DNA from: Myxococcota bacterium
GTDB taxonomy: Bacteria > Myxococcota_A > UBA9160 > UBA6930
Direction: 5' to 3'
Assembly (NCBI GenBank): GCA_965223705.1
Contig: OZ245015.1
Location: 1,410,582 to 1,474,581 of the forward strand
DNA length: 64,000 nucleotides
Position numbers and translations under genes: made by a program
Notes under the pieces: model-generated
What the model saw: the letters and a program-made list of their open reading frames with translations, nothing else
Databases searched by the model: none
Told to the model about the DNA's origin: nothing
Shown: piece by piece, positions 15,521 to 23,605 of the stretch
Layout: each line of letters begins with the position of its first letter
How positions within the stretch are numbered: the first letter of the stretch is position 1

Positions 15521-16866
15521 AAGTCCGCTTCGGGCTGTTCCTCCCCATCGCCGCATGGTTGCTGGCGAGCATCGCCGCAAGCTTGTGGGCCACGCGTTAC
15601 CCAGCGCGCCTCGATCTCACACGTCACAACGTCTACTCGCTTTCCGAAGCGTCTCGGGAGATCGCGGCGGCCGTTCCACGGCCGGTCGAGATCACGTTCT
15701 TTCACGACGCGCGAAGTCAGGCGATGCGCGACGCGCGGCATCTGCTCGAACAACTCGCCGCCGCGTCTTCCAAGATCACCCTACGGGTGTCCGATCCGGT
15801 CAAGCACCCCGCGCTCGCCGAAGCCTTCGACGTTCGCTTCGCCGGCACGACCGTTCTCGATTCAGGGGGGCGCCGTGTCACGGTATACGGCGCGACGGAA
15901 ACGGAGTTCGTCAACGGGCTCATCCGCGCAACGCGCTCCGGTGCGGTCCGGCTTTGTGCGACGACGGGTCACGTTGAAAGCGATCCCTATAGTCTCGAAT
16001 CGCACGATCACAGCGAGGCCGGGGGCCACGCGCATCACGACCACTCTAGCGGGGGTCGCGCGCTCCGAATTCACGAACGACACGGGCTCGGTATGGCTCG
16101 ACGCGCCCTCGAAACGCTGGGCTACACGGTCGAAGACCGGCGACTCACGGAAGGGGAGGAGCCCCTGCGAGGCTGCTCCATCGCGCTCGTGGCGTCGCCC
16201 CAAGTGCGGTTCTTGCCCGAGGAAGTCGCCCACCTGGAGCGTTTTCTCGCGGCAGGCCACGGCGCGCTGTTGTTGCTCGAGCCCGGAATCGAGTCCGGGC
16301 TCGAGTCGATCTTGGCGAACTACGGGCTCGAGCTGTCGACAACGCCGGTTCGCGATCCCGCGCGCCACTACGGAACCGACCCCGCGACCCCGGCGGTGTC
16401 GGATTACCCCCGGCACCGAATCACCCGGAACTTGCCGCTCACGTTCTTTCCCGGTGTCGCGGCGCTCGCGCCCACCGACAACTATCGGGAGCAACGGGTG
16501 TCGGTGGCACCCTTGCTCGAGTCGAGCCCAGAATCGCGTCTCGCCGGAGACCCTGCGCCGGCGGCGCGTACCCTTGGCGTCTCGGTCCGAACAAACGACG
16601 GACGCGGCCCGATCGTCGTAACCGGAGACGGGGACTTCGCGACGAACACCTACTTCCATGTTCTCGGAAACGGTCAGCTGTTCTTGAACGCGGTCAACGC
16701 GTTAGCGGAAAACGAGGACCTCATCGATCTCGTCCCGCGTCACTACCAGGACGCCACGATCGAACTGACGAACCGCCAAATGCTCGCCACGTTTCTGGTG
16801 GCCACCGTGGCGTTGCCCAGCGTTCTGCTTCTCATCGGCGGCTTCGTCTGGTGGCGAGGCCGGTGA
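15517..16866 (+). CDS. GldG-like ABC transporter auxiliary component
   Basis: In-frame GTG at 15517, preceded by GAGGAGG. An N-terminal TM helix is followed by ARLDLTRHNVYSLSEAS, and there is a C-terminal TM helix (ATFLVATVALPSVLLLIGGFVWW). The track's 15232 extension was rejected. Confidence 0.7.
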   Translation: MKVRFGLFLPIAAWLLASIAASLWATRYPARLDLTRHNVYSLSEASREIAAAVPRPVEITFFHDARSQAMRDARHLLEQLAAASSKITLRVSDPVKHPALAEAFDVRFAGTTVLDSGGRRVTVYGATETEFVNGLIRATRSGAVRLCATTGHVESDPYSLESHDHSEAGGHAHHDHSSGGRALRIHERHGLGMARRALETLGYTVEDRRLTEGEEPLRGCSIALVASPQVRFLPEEVAHLERFLAAGHGALLLLEPGIESGLESILANYGLELSTTPVRDPARHYGTDPATPAVSDYPRHRITRNLPLTFFPGVAALAPTDNYREQRVSVAPLLESSPESRLAGDPAPAARTLGVSVRTNDGRGPIVVTGDGDFATNTYFHVLGNGQLFLNAVNALAENEDLIDLVPRHYQDATIELTNRQMLATFLVATVALPSVLLLIGGFVWWRGR

Positions 16867-17378
16867 GCGCGCGGGGCGCATCGCTCGCTTGGACGATCGT
16901 CGCTCTCGCGTCGGGGGTCGCGATCGTCGCCTGGTTTCAAACGGAGGATCGCGTTCGCGTCGAGCACGCCGCCGAAACCGAGTTGCCGCTGGTGTTTCGG
17001 ATGTCGCCCTCGGAGATTTTCGCGTTCGAAGTCGAGAGCCAAACCGCGACGGAGCGCTTCGAAAGAGCCGAAAGCGGAGCGTTCGCGTCAATAGAAGTCG
17101 AAAGCGCCCTCTCGACGCTACTGCGGGCGCGGGTCGAGAGAAGGTTTCCGCTCGATGCGGAGGCGTTGCAGCGGTTTGGGCTCGACGAGCCGGTCCTCAC
17201 GGTGAGGCTCTACCGCGTCATCGCGGAAAACGCGCTCGCGTTCACCATGGGTGATCGTTCCCCCGACGGTTTCAGCCGCTACGCGACGGTCGACGGGAGC
17301 CCCGAGATCATCACGGTCCCGGACTATCACCGAGAAAACCTCGAGCACCTACTCCACGGTGAGGAGGCGCACCACTAG
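16851..17378 (+). CDS. DUF4340-like protein (usual partner of GldG-type components)
   Basis: One N-terminal TM helix, and the usual position downstream of the gldG-like gene. The call is by context and weak motif memory. An alternative GTG at 16863 forms a GTGA overlap. Confidence 0.45.
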   Translation: MARPVSARGASLAWTIVALASGVAIVAWFQTEDRVRVEHAAETELPLVFRMSPSEIFAFEVESQTATERFERAESGAFASIEVESALSTLLRARVERRFPLDAEALQRFGLDEPVLTVRLYRVIAENALAFTMGDRSPDGFSRYATVDGSPEIITVPDYHRENLEHLLHGEEAHH

Positions 17379-18274
17379 GGCGACAGGACGATGTTGTCGA
17401 AACACACGATGGTTGGGCTCGGGGGGCGCGGTACGAACAAGATCAACTCGTGGACGCGGTCGAGCGCGAGTTCGCGCTCTCGGGGGCCGGTCCGAATCGC
17501 GTCCATCGGAATCGACACGCGCGCGGGGCCCGCGTCGAGCTTCAGCGTGCGGTTGAAACGGTCGGCGTGTCGGCCGTCGTGATCGAGGTCGTGGATGCGG
17601 ATGACGACCTCGGTGGGAGTCGACGCCACGAGATCGAGGTCGAGTCGCGCGTAGCCCCGCCAGTCTGAGGGAACCCTTCGCGCGACACCGGGATAGTTTC
17701 CGCGTGAGAACTCGCCGCAGAGCTCGGTGCCGTCGGCGCCCGGCTGAAAATCGAAGTCGGCGCCGGTGCTGCGCCACAGCGGGCGTTGCAAGCGATTCTC
17801 GAACGAATCGAGGACGGGGAAATGCTCGTCGGCGCTCCACCAAGCGAGGGATTCGGTGATCGAGGGGAGGCACCCCCCGACCAACAGCCCAGCCGCGACA
17901 CCCGTGAGCAGCAGCCGATCGCGATGGCTGGCCACGGCGAGTACCGCCGCAACGGCTATGCCGGCACCGGTACCGACCAGGTCTCGCCCGATGTCGCCCC
18001 AGTCGGCGTCGCGAGACGTCGCGATCTGCGCCGCCTCTCCCAGGAGTCCCAGACCCAGGCTGATGGCGAGTGTCAGCAGAGCGGCGGGCCACCACCCGAG
18101 GCCGCGGCGCGCCCGCAAACTACGGACGACGAAAAAGCCGATCAGCGCGAAAGCGAACACGTGAAATACGTCGGTGCCGAGACGCGGGCGCGTCCAACCC
18201 GACACATCGATGACGTGAGCGAGAATCACCGCGATGACGCACAGGATGACGAGCCGTAGCTCACGCCCCGTCAC
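17375..18274 (-). CDS. VanZ-like membrane protein with C-terminal beta-rich (CBM-like) domain
   Basis: GTG 18274 overlaps the upstream stop (GTGA). The TM region has VanZ-like patterns (TDVFHVFAFALIG, SRDADWGDIGRDLVGTGAG). The C-terminal ~150 aa are soluble. The track's 490-aa form is an Arg-rich extension running antisense-like through the neighbour. Confidence 0.5.
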   Translation of the reverse strand: MTGRELRLVILCVIAVILAHVIDVSGWTRPRLGTDVFHVFAFALIGFFVVRSLRARRGLGWWPAALLTLAISLGLGLLGEAAQIATSRDADWGDIGRDLVGTGAGIAVAAVLAVASHRDRLLLTGVAAGLLVGGCLPSITESLAWWSADEHFPVLDSFENRLQRPLWRSTGADFDFQPGADGTELCGEFSRGNYPGVARRVPSDWRGYARLDLDLVASTPTEVVIRIHDLDHDGRHADRFNRTLKLDAGPARVSIPMDAIRTGPRERELALDRVHELILFVPRPPSPTIVCFDNIVLSP

Positions 18275-19611
18275 GAAGGACTCTTCGTCTCTTGGAAGCG
18301 CACCGCTCGTCCGCTCGGCTTCCCCACCAGCTCTCCGTCCCGCATGACGAACCGACCGCGCACGATGGTTGCGGTCGGCCGCCCGACGAACCAGCGCCCG
18401 TGGAAGGGCGACCAACGACAATGGCTCGCGATCAGTTCGTCCCGCACTTGGTGGCGCGCACCGAGGTCGACGACCGCGAGATCCGCGTCGAACCCGGGCG
18501 CGAGTTCGCCTTTGCCGATGGTGCCGTAGACGCGCGCCGGGCCGCGCGCCAGAAGCTCGACAACGCGCGGAAGCGAGAGCTCGCCGCGGTTCACGTGGTC
18601 GAGCATCACCGGAAGCATGGTCTGGACGCCCGGCATTCCGGATGGACTCTCGGGGTAACGCAGCGACTTCTCCGCCAGGGTGTGGGGAGCATGATCGGAT
18701 CCCAGCGCATCGAGATGTCCGCGATGGAGCGCCCGCCAAAGCGCCGTTCGATGCCTCGCGGATCGTATCGGCGGATTCATTTGAGCGCGCGTTCCCAGTT
18801 CGCTGTAGCAGCGCGGCGCAGCGAGCGTCAGGTGCTGCGGAGTGCATTCGAAAGTGGCGATATCGCGGTTTTTCGAGAGGAGTTCGGTTTCTTCTTCAGT
18901 CGTTACGTGAAGGACATGCACCCGACGGCCAGCCTTCCGCGCCAATGCCAGCAGGCGTTCCGTCGCGAGTCGTGCGGTCTCTGCGTCCCGCCATGTGGCA
19001 TGCGTCGCGACGTCTCCCGCGCGAATCCTGTCCGCTCGACTCGCGAGGCGATCCTCGTCCTCAGCGTGCACCGCGACCCGTCGTGTCCCGCTCCGCAGGA
19101 CCCGTGCCAGGTCTTCGTCGCGGTGGACGAGGAGATTCCCCGTGCTCTTGCCCATGAAGATCTTGACGCCCGCGCAGCCGGGACGCGCCTCCAAGTGGCC
19201 GAGCTCGTCCGCGTTCTCCGGGGTCGCGCCGACGAAGAAGGCCACGTCGCACCAGACGCGATCCTTGGTGCGCCGCCACTTATCTTGAAAGGCTTCCGCC
19301 GAAGTGGTCGGCGGAAGTGTGTTCGGCATCTCGAAGACGCTGGTCACGCCCCCCAGCACAGCGGCTCGTGTTCCGGATTCGAGGTCTTCCTTGTCCGGGA
19401 AGCCCGGCTCGCGGAAGTGGACTTGCGGGTCGATCGCGCCGGGGAGGATGTAGAGACCGCGCGCATCGACGGAATGTTCGGCCTCGTGAGCGCGCAGGTC
19501 GCCGAGCGCGGCGATGCGCTCCCCGACGATCCCCACGTCGGCGTCCACGACCCCTTCCGGAGTCACGCAGCGCCCGCCGCGAAGGGCGAGGCTGAAACGG
19601 TCTGCGGCCAT
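18271..19611 (-). CDS. dihydroorotase-like cyclic amidohydrolase (second copy)
   Basis: ILPGAIDPQVHFREPG, AGVKIFMGKSTGN, VAVHAEDE, VHVLHVTT and LGSDHAPH are present. The first His of the usual HxH is Gln here. Confidence 0.75.
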   Translation of the reverse strand: MAADRFSLALRGGRCVTPEGVVDADVGIVGERIAALGDLRAHEAEHSVDARGLYILPGAIDPQVHFREPGFPDKEDLESGTRAAVLGGVTSVFEMPNTLPPTTSAEAFQDKWRRTKDRVWCDVAFFVGATPENADELGHLEARPGCAGVKIFMGKSTGNLLVHRDEDLARVLRSGTRRVAVHAEDEDRLASRADRIRAGDVATHATWRDAETARLATERLLALARKAGRRVHVLHVTTEEETELLSKNRDIATFECTPQHLTLAAPRCYSELGTRAQMNPPIRSARHRTALWRALHRGHLDALGSDHAPHTLAEKSLRYPESPSGMPGVQTMLPVMLDHVNRGELSLPRVVELLARGPARVYGTIGKGELAPGFDADLAVVDLGARHQVRDELIASHCRWSPFHGRWFVGRPTATIVRGRFVMRDGELVGKPSGRAVRFQETKSPS

Positions 19612-19726
19612 CGGCCGAGGCTAGGCCGTAACGCGACCCTCGGCGAGAACCCCCTCGGAACCCCTCGGGACCTTTCGCTCGCTTGACCCGGTTCTTTCGG
19701 TGCTTACGGTTCTTTGTGAGGAGGTC

Positions 19727-20155
19727 ATGATGATGAGAACCACCATCCACCCGATGCTACGTCACCGTTCCCCGCTGTGGGCTTTCGCAGCCAACGAATT
19801 GAACGCGAACCGAGGAGAGGCACAGACCGCTCCGCGGCTTGGCGTGGACGCCTACGAAACCGACGATCGCTACGAGTTGCACATCGATGTGCCGGGCGTA
19901 GCGAAAGAGAACGTCGAAGTGGAGTACACGGACGGTTGGCTGTCGGTGAAGGGCACCCGCAGTGTCGACGTGCCCGAGGGGGCTCGCGTCTTGCGATCGG
20001 GTCGGCGATCGGGCGATTTTCACACCCGAATCTCCGTCGGCGAAGACGTCGATGTCCCCGGCATCACGGCGGAAGTTCGGGAAGGTGTCCTGTACGTCAC
20101 AGTCCCGAAGAGCGACCGCGTGAAGCCGCGGCAGATTCCGATCACGGTCAACTAG
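19727..20155 (+). CDS. small heat shock protein, Hsp20/alpha-crystallin family
   Basis: The alpha-crystallin domain reads VDAYETDDRYELHIDVPGVAKENVEVEY...GVLYVTVPK. I chose ATG 19727, which follows GAGGAGG at 19718-19724. Confidence 0.85.
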   Translation: MMMRTTIHPMLRHRSPLWAFAANELNANRGEAQTAPRLGVDAYETDDRYELHIDVPGVAKENVEVEYTDGWLSVKGTRSVDVPEGARVLRSGRRSGDFHTRISVGEDVDVPGITAEVREGVLYVTVPKSDRVKPRQIPITVN

Positions 20156-20175
20156 CCGAGTGGAACAGCTATCCT

Positions 20176-20198
20176 GGGCCGTCGGTTACCGACGGCCC
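20176..20198 (+). terminator. GC-rich hairpin after hsp20 (terminator-like, no U-tract)
   Basis: GGGCCGTCGG-tta-CCGACGGCCC forms a perfect 10-bp stem. It lies 20 nt after the hsp20 stop and overlaps the first 4 nt of tRNA-Leu. Confidence 0.35.
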
Positions 20199-20276
20199 GG
20201 GTGGCGAAACTGGTAAACGCGGGCGACTTAAAATCGCCTGGCTTCGGCCGTGCGGGTTCGAATCCCGCCCCGGGCA
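20195..20276 (+). tRNA. tRNA-Leu (TAA)
   Basis: Acceptor stem GCCCGGG/CCCGGGC, anticodon loop CUUAAAA, long variable arm and T arm GCGGG-TTCGAAT-CCCGC. CCA is not encoded. Confidence 0.85.
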
Positions 20277-20284
20277 CCGCCCCC

Positions 20285-20677
20285 TCAGCTGAGGTGCGAT
20301 GATCCCGAAAAGCGCGCCCGCACGTCGTCGTAGGCGAGTAGCTCTTCCAAAATGTCGCGTTCGAGCAGCGTGACGCGCTGATAGCCGAGTTCGGGAAGTT
20401 CGATTTCGACGCGGTAGACCTCGCGCGGTTCGGAGAGAATCTTGCGGACACGAAGCGTGTCGGGGCCGTCGCCTTGCAGGATTTGGTCTCGGAGCGATTC
20501 GATGATCCGCTGCACCCGTCGCTCGCTCCGCATGTGGGGCTGAACGTACGGCTCGAGAGAGCGGGAGCGGTTCGCGATCTTGTACGTGCCGTGTCGCTTC
20601 ATCAACCCGATGATAGTTGCGTGTTGCTCCGAGCGGCAACTTGCCCCTGCTTCACTCACGCGTTTTTCGTCCTCCAC
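20285..20677 (-). CDS. hypothetical protein
   Basis: A 130-aa ORF with normal composition (…YKIANRSRSLEPYVQPHMRSERRVQRIIESLRDQILQG…ERDILEELLAYDD). No family was recognised and the start is uncertain. Confidence 0.4.
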   Translation of the reverse strand: MEDEKRVSEAGASCRSEQHATIIGLMKRHGTYKIANRSRSLEPYVQPHMRSERRVQRIIESLRDQILQGDGPDTLRVRKILSEPREVYRVEIELPELGYQRVTLLERDILEELLAYDDVRARFSGSSHLS

Positions 20678-20775
20678 ACCCCCATCGATCGGCCACCAAG
20701 AGGGCCAATCTTGAGGCCTGCATCGCGCTCAAGGCGACGCGCTGAGACGTCGAAGTACGCTTCGCGAGGGGGGCC

Positions 20776-21936
20776 ATGTCCGACGAGCACGACGCGAAAT
20801 CCCAGGGCTTTTCCGCCGACGGTGCGACGGGAGCTCCTCACCTCTCCGTCGATCTCGCGGCCTTCGGTCTGACCGAGACGTTCGAATGGCTTCAAAGACG
20901 AAAGAAATCCGGCCGCGTCGAGTTTCTGTGCGAAAACTCGGAGAAGCAGGCTTACTTGCACGACGGCGAAATCGTCTTCGCCGCCTCGAACCAATCGATC
21001 GACCGTCTGGGTGAATGCTTGTTGCGCGCGGGCGTGATCGGGCTCGAGCAATTGCGCGAGGCCGAGCGCTGCTACCGACCGCCGGCGCGTTTCGGACGGG
21101 TTCTCGTGGAGCGGGGGTTCCTGACCCCACGCGAGTTGTGGAACGGCGTGAAGTACCAGGTCGAGGAAATCGTCCGCTCCCTGTTTACCTACGACGCTGG
21201 CCGAGTCGATTTTTTCGAGGGGGCCGCACAGCCCGACAACGTCGTCCGACTGGCTCTCAGTGCGTCGCGACTGGCCCAAGAGGGCACGATGCGCCGGGAG
21301 GAGATTTCGAAGTTTCGCGAGTTGCTCGCACGAGAGGAAGTCTCCCTTTCCCCCGACACCGCCGTTCGCTCGCGACTTTCGCCAGCGGAAAAAGAGATCA
21401 CCGACCGAATCGGAGACGGTGTTCGGCTCGCTGAGCTGGTCGCCGAGTTGCCCTTCGCAGAGAACGAGCTGCTCCGTCAACTGCAGCTTCTGCGACTCGT
21501 AGGCGCCATCGACGTGACGCGCACCGAGACCGCCAGCCAGGTCGTGGGCGTCGCCGACATCGAGGCGTTCGAACGGGACGAACTCGAGCGCACGGCGGCG
21601 AGCGGCGGCAAGCTGATCGCCGCGTTGGCGAGCGAGATCGCGGAAGTCGAGGGAGAAGACGCGGTTCGCGAACGCCTCGAGCGCACGCTGGAGGACGCGG
21701 CAGCGCAGTGCCCCGAAATTCTTGGAGGCCTCGCGTTGACGGCCGAATTGTCCGTCGACGCCGGGGAACTGGTGTCGCGCGCGCTGCGCGGTGCCGCCGA
21801 TCCCGAGGAGCAGCTCCGCGCCGCACTCGGCGAAGTCATCGCGTACCTCGAGTTCGAGCTCAAAAACCATCCCGGGATCGACGACCCGGATCAGGTCCTT
21901 TCGAGGGCACGCTCGAGCTGTCCCTGGGAAGCGTGA
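20776..21936 (+). CDS. DUF4388 (PATAN-like) domain protein
   Basis: The N-terminal pattern resembles DUF4388: LTETFEWLQRRKKSGRVEFLCENSEKQAYLHDGEIVFAASNQSIDRLGECLLRAGVIGLEQL. The C-terminal half is acidic and helical. Confidence 0.6.
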   Translation: MSDEHDAKSQGFSADGATGAPHLSVDLAAFGLTETFEWLQRRKKSGRVEFLCENSEKQAYLHDGEIVFAASNQSIDRLGECLLRAGVIGLEQLREAERCYRPPARFGRVLVERGFLTPRELWNGVKYQVEEIVRSLFTYDAGRVDFFEGAAQPDNVVRLALSASRLAQEGTMRREEISKFRELLAREEVSLSPDTAVRSRLSPAEKEITDRIGDGVRLAELVAELPFAENELLRQLQLLRLVGAIDVTRTETASQVVGVADIEAFERDELERTAASGGKLIAALASEIAEVEGEDAVRERLERTLEDAAAQCPEILGGLALTAELSVDAGELVSRALRGAADPEEQLRAALGEVIAYLEFELKNHPGIDDPDQVLSRARSSCPWEA

Positions 21937-21987
21937 CGCCAGGGCTCCACAACCGAAGCGTTGCCCGTCCGGGCTACGCTGCACAGG

Positions 21988-22722
21988 ATGTCCCGAGAAT
22001 ATTTGGCCGGCTCCCATGCGGTGCGCGAGGCCCTTCGGGCGGGTCGCCGCGAACACGTCGCGCTCCTGCTGGCCGAGCGTTCCGGCGGACAGGCCGAGAT
22101 CGAAACCCTGGCCCGCGAGGCTCGGATCCCCGTGCGCCACGTCGCGGCGGAGGAATTGAACCGCCGCCTTCCCGGAGTCCGGCATCAGGGCGCGATTCTC
22201 GAAACCGGCCCGCTTCCGATCGCCTCGCTCGATTCACTCCTCGCCGCGGAGGCGCCCAATCTGCTCGTCGCGCTGGACGGGATCGAGGATCCGCAGAATT
22301 TGGGGGCCTTGCTCCGGGTCGCCGATGGAGCAGGTGTCAATGGGGTGATCTTGCCCCAGCGACGCTCGGCTCCTCTCGGGGTGGGTGTCGCCAGGGCCAG
22401 TGCGGGGGCCCTTGAGCATGTTCCTCTGGCCCGGCCGACCAACCTCGCGAGGGCGCTCCAAGAAGCGCGGCGGGAGGGGTGCTGGCTGGTCGGAGCCGAT
22501 GCGGGTGCCGAGATGGGCGTCTACGACGCGGCCGCGACCCGGATCTTCCGCGAGTCGATGGTTCTCGTGCTCGGCAGCGAAGAGAGGGGAATTCGACCCG
22601 GGGTCCGGAAGCATCTCGACACCACGGTTGCCTTGCCCGGCCGCGGGCGGGTGGCGTCGCTCAATGTCGCGGCGGCTGGGGCGGCCATCCTGTACGAGGT
22701 GCTGCGAGTTCGGATGAGTTGA
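21988..22722 (+). CDS. rlmB: 23S rRNA (guanosine-2'-O)-methyltransferase RlmB (SpoU/TrmH family)
   Basis: MSREYLAGSHAVREAL, LDGIEDPQNLGALLRVADGAG, LVLGSEERGI and SLNVAAAGAILLYE are present. The track's TTG at 21961 is an alternative start. Confidence 0.8.
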   Translation: MSREYLAGSHAVREALRAGRREHVALLLAERSGGQAEIETLAREARIPVRHVAAEELNRRLPGVRHQGAILETGPLPIASLDSLLAAEAPNLLVALDGIEDPQNLGALLRVADGAGVNGVILPQRRSAPLGVGVARASAGALEHVPLARPTNLARALQEARREGCWLVGADAGAEMGVYDAAATRIFRESMVLVLGSEERGIRPGVRKHLDTTVALPGRGRVASLNVAAAGAAILYEVLRVRMS

Positions 22723-22784
22723 TTATCACCCATTTCGCGACCTTGCCCTGGCTTCGGCTCTGTGGGTATCGTCCCCGGCCAGGT

Positions 22785-22860
22785 GCTGGCGTAGCTCAAT
22801 TGGTAGAGCAGCGGTTTTGTAAACCGCAGGTTGCGGGTTCGAGTCCCATCGCCAGCTCCA
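22785..22860 (+). tRNA. tRNA-Thr (TGT)
   Basis: Acceptor stem GCTGGCG/CGCCAGC, anticodon stem-loop GCGGT-TTTGTAA-ACCGC, and encoded CCA. The T stem has one C-A mismatch. Confidence 0.8.
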
Positions 22861-23194
22861 GCGACCCGCACAAACCCTAGTATTTTCGGGCAGATTCGGT
22901 AATCTCCCGCGCCTGAGTCAAGAGCTTGATCGGTTGGCGTGACGGAGCAGTTTTGCTGCGTATAGCGAGTCACCCGAAGGCACGTCGAAAGCGTTGTCCG
23001 ACAATTTCGATGCCCCGGGGAAGGCCCGCCGTGCGCTCGTGTTTAGTTTCAGGTGGAGCTTTTCAATCGACGCGACGCTCATCGGTGTCGGTTGCAGGTC
23101 GTAACACAGTCTGGTGTCCAGTCGAGCATCGGGCAGGAGGACATGATGAGTGCGACGAACCGTTCGCGGTTCGAGCGCATTCGGTGAATCGAGC

Positions 23195-23280
23195 GGAGAG
23201 GTACCGAAGCGGCCAAACGGGGCAGACTGTAAATCTGCTGGAGTATTCCTTCGGAGGTTCGAATCCTCCCCTCTCCACCA
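23195..23280 (+). tRNA. tRNA-Tyr (GTA)
   Basis: Acceptor stem GGAGAGG/CCTCTCC, anticodon loop CTGTAAA, long variable arm, T arm GGAGG-TTCGAAT-CCTCC, and encoded CCA. Confidence 0.9.
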
Positions 23281-23332
23281 CGGACGCGAAGAAAGCGTGC
23301 CGTGAATTCGCGTATAGAGCGCTCACGGTCGA

Positions 23333-23409
23333 GCGGGAGTAGCTCAGTTGGCTAGAGCACGAGCCTTCCAAGCTCGGGGTCGCGGGTTCGAATCCCGTCT
23401 CCCGCTCCA
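23333..23409 (+). tRNA. tRNA-Gly (TCC)
   Basis: Acceptor stem GCGGGAG/CTCCCGC, anticodon stem-loop CGAGC-CTTCCAA-GCTCG, and encoded CCA. Confidence 0.9.
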
Positions 23410-23461
23410 CGTTCGCGAGTTCGGCGCGCTGCGCGCAAGAGCAGAAGGACAGAAGCGTTAG

Positions 23462-23537
23462 GCCCACGTAGCTCAGTTGGTAGAGCACGTCCTTGGTAAG
23501 GACGAGGTCAGCGGTTCAATCCCGCTCGTGGGCTCCA
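23462..23537 (+). tRNA. tRNA-Thr (GGT)
   Basis: Acceptor stem GCCCACG/CGTGGGC, anticodon stem-loop CGTCC-TTGGTAA-GGACG, and encoded CCA. Confidence 0.9.
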
Positions 23538-23605
23538 GATCGAGAAAACCGGAGTCGGCCCAGAAAGGCCGCCTCGAGTGAAAGACACGGGACAGAGAGG
23601 AAGGC

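Noticed and set aside
20656-22185. 509-aa minus-strand ORF opposite the DUF4388 gene and the rlmB start.
   Set aside because: The composition is atypical and it overlaps two better-supported plus-strand genes. It has no motif.
22926-23342. 138-aa plus-strand ORF spanning the tRNA spacer, tRNA-Tyr and tRNA-Gly. A 141-aa minus-strand ORF lies at 23063-23488.
   Set aside because: Both run through well-folded tRNA genes, so they are spurious.
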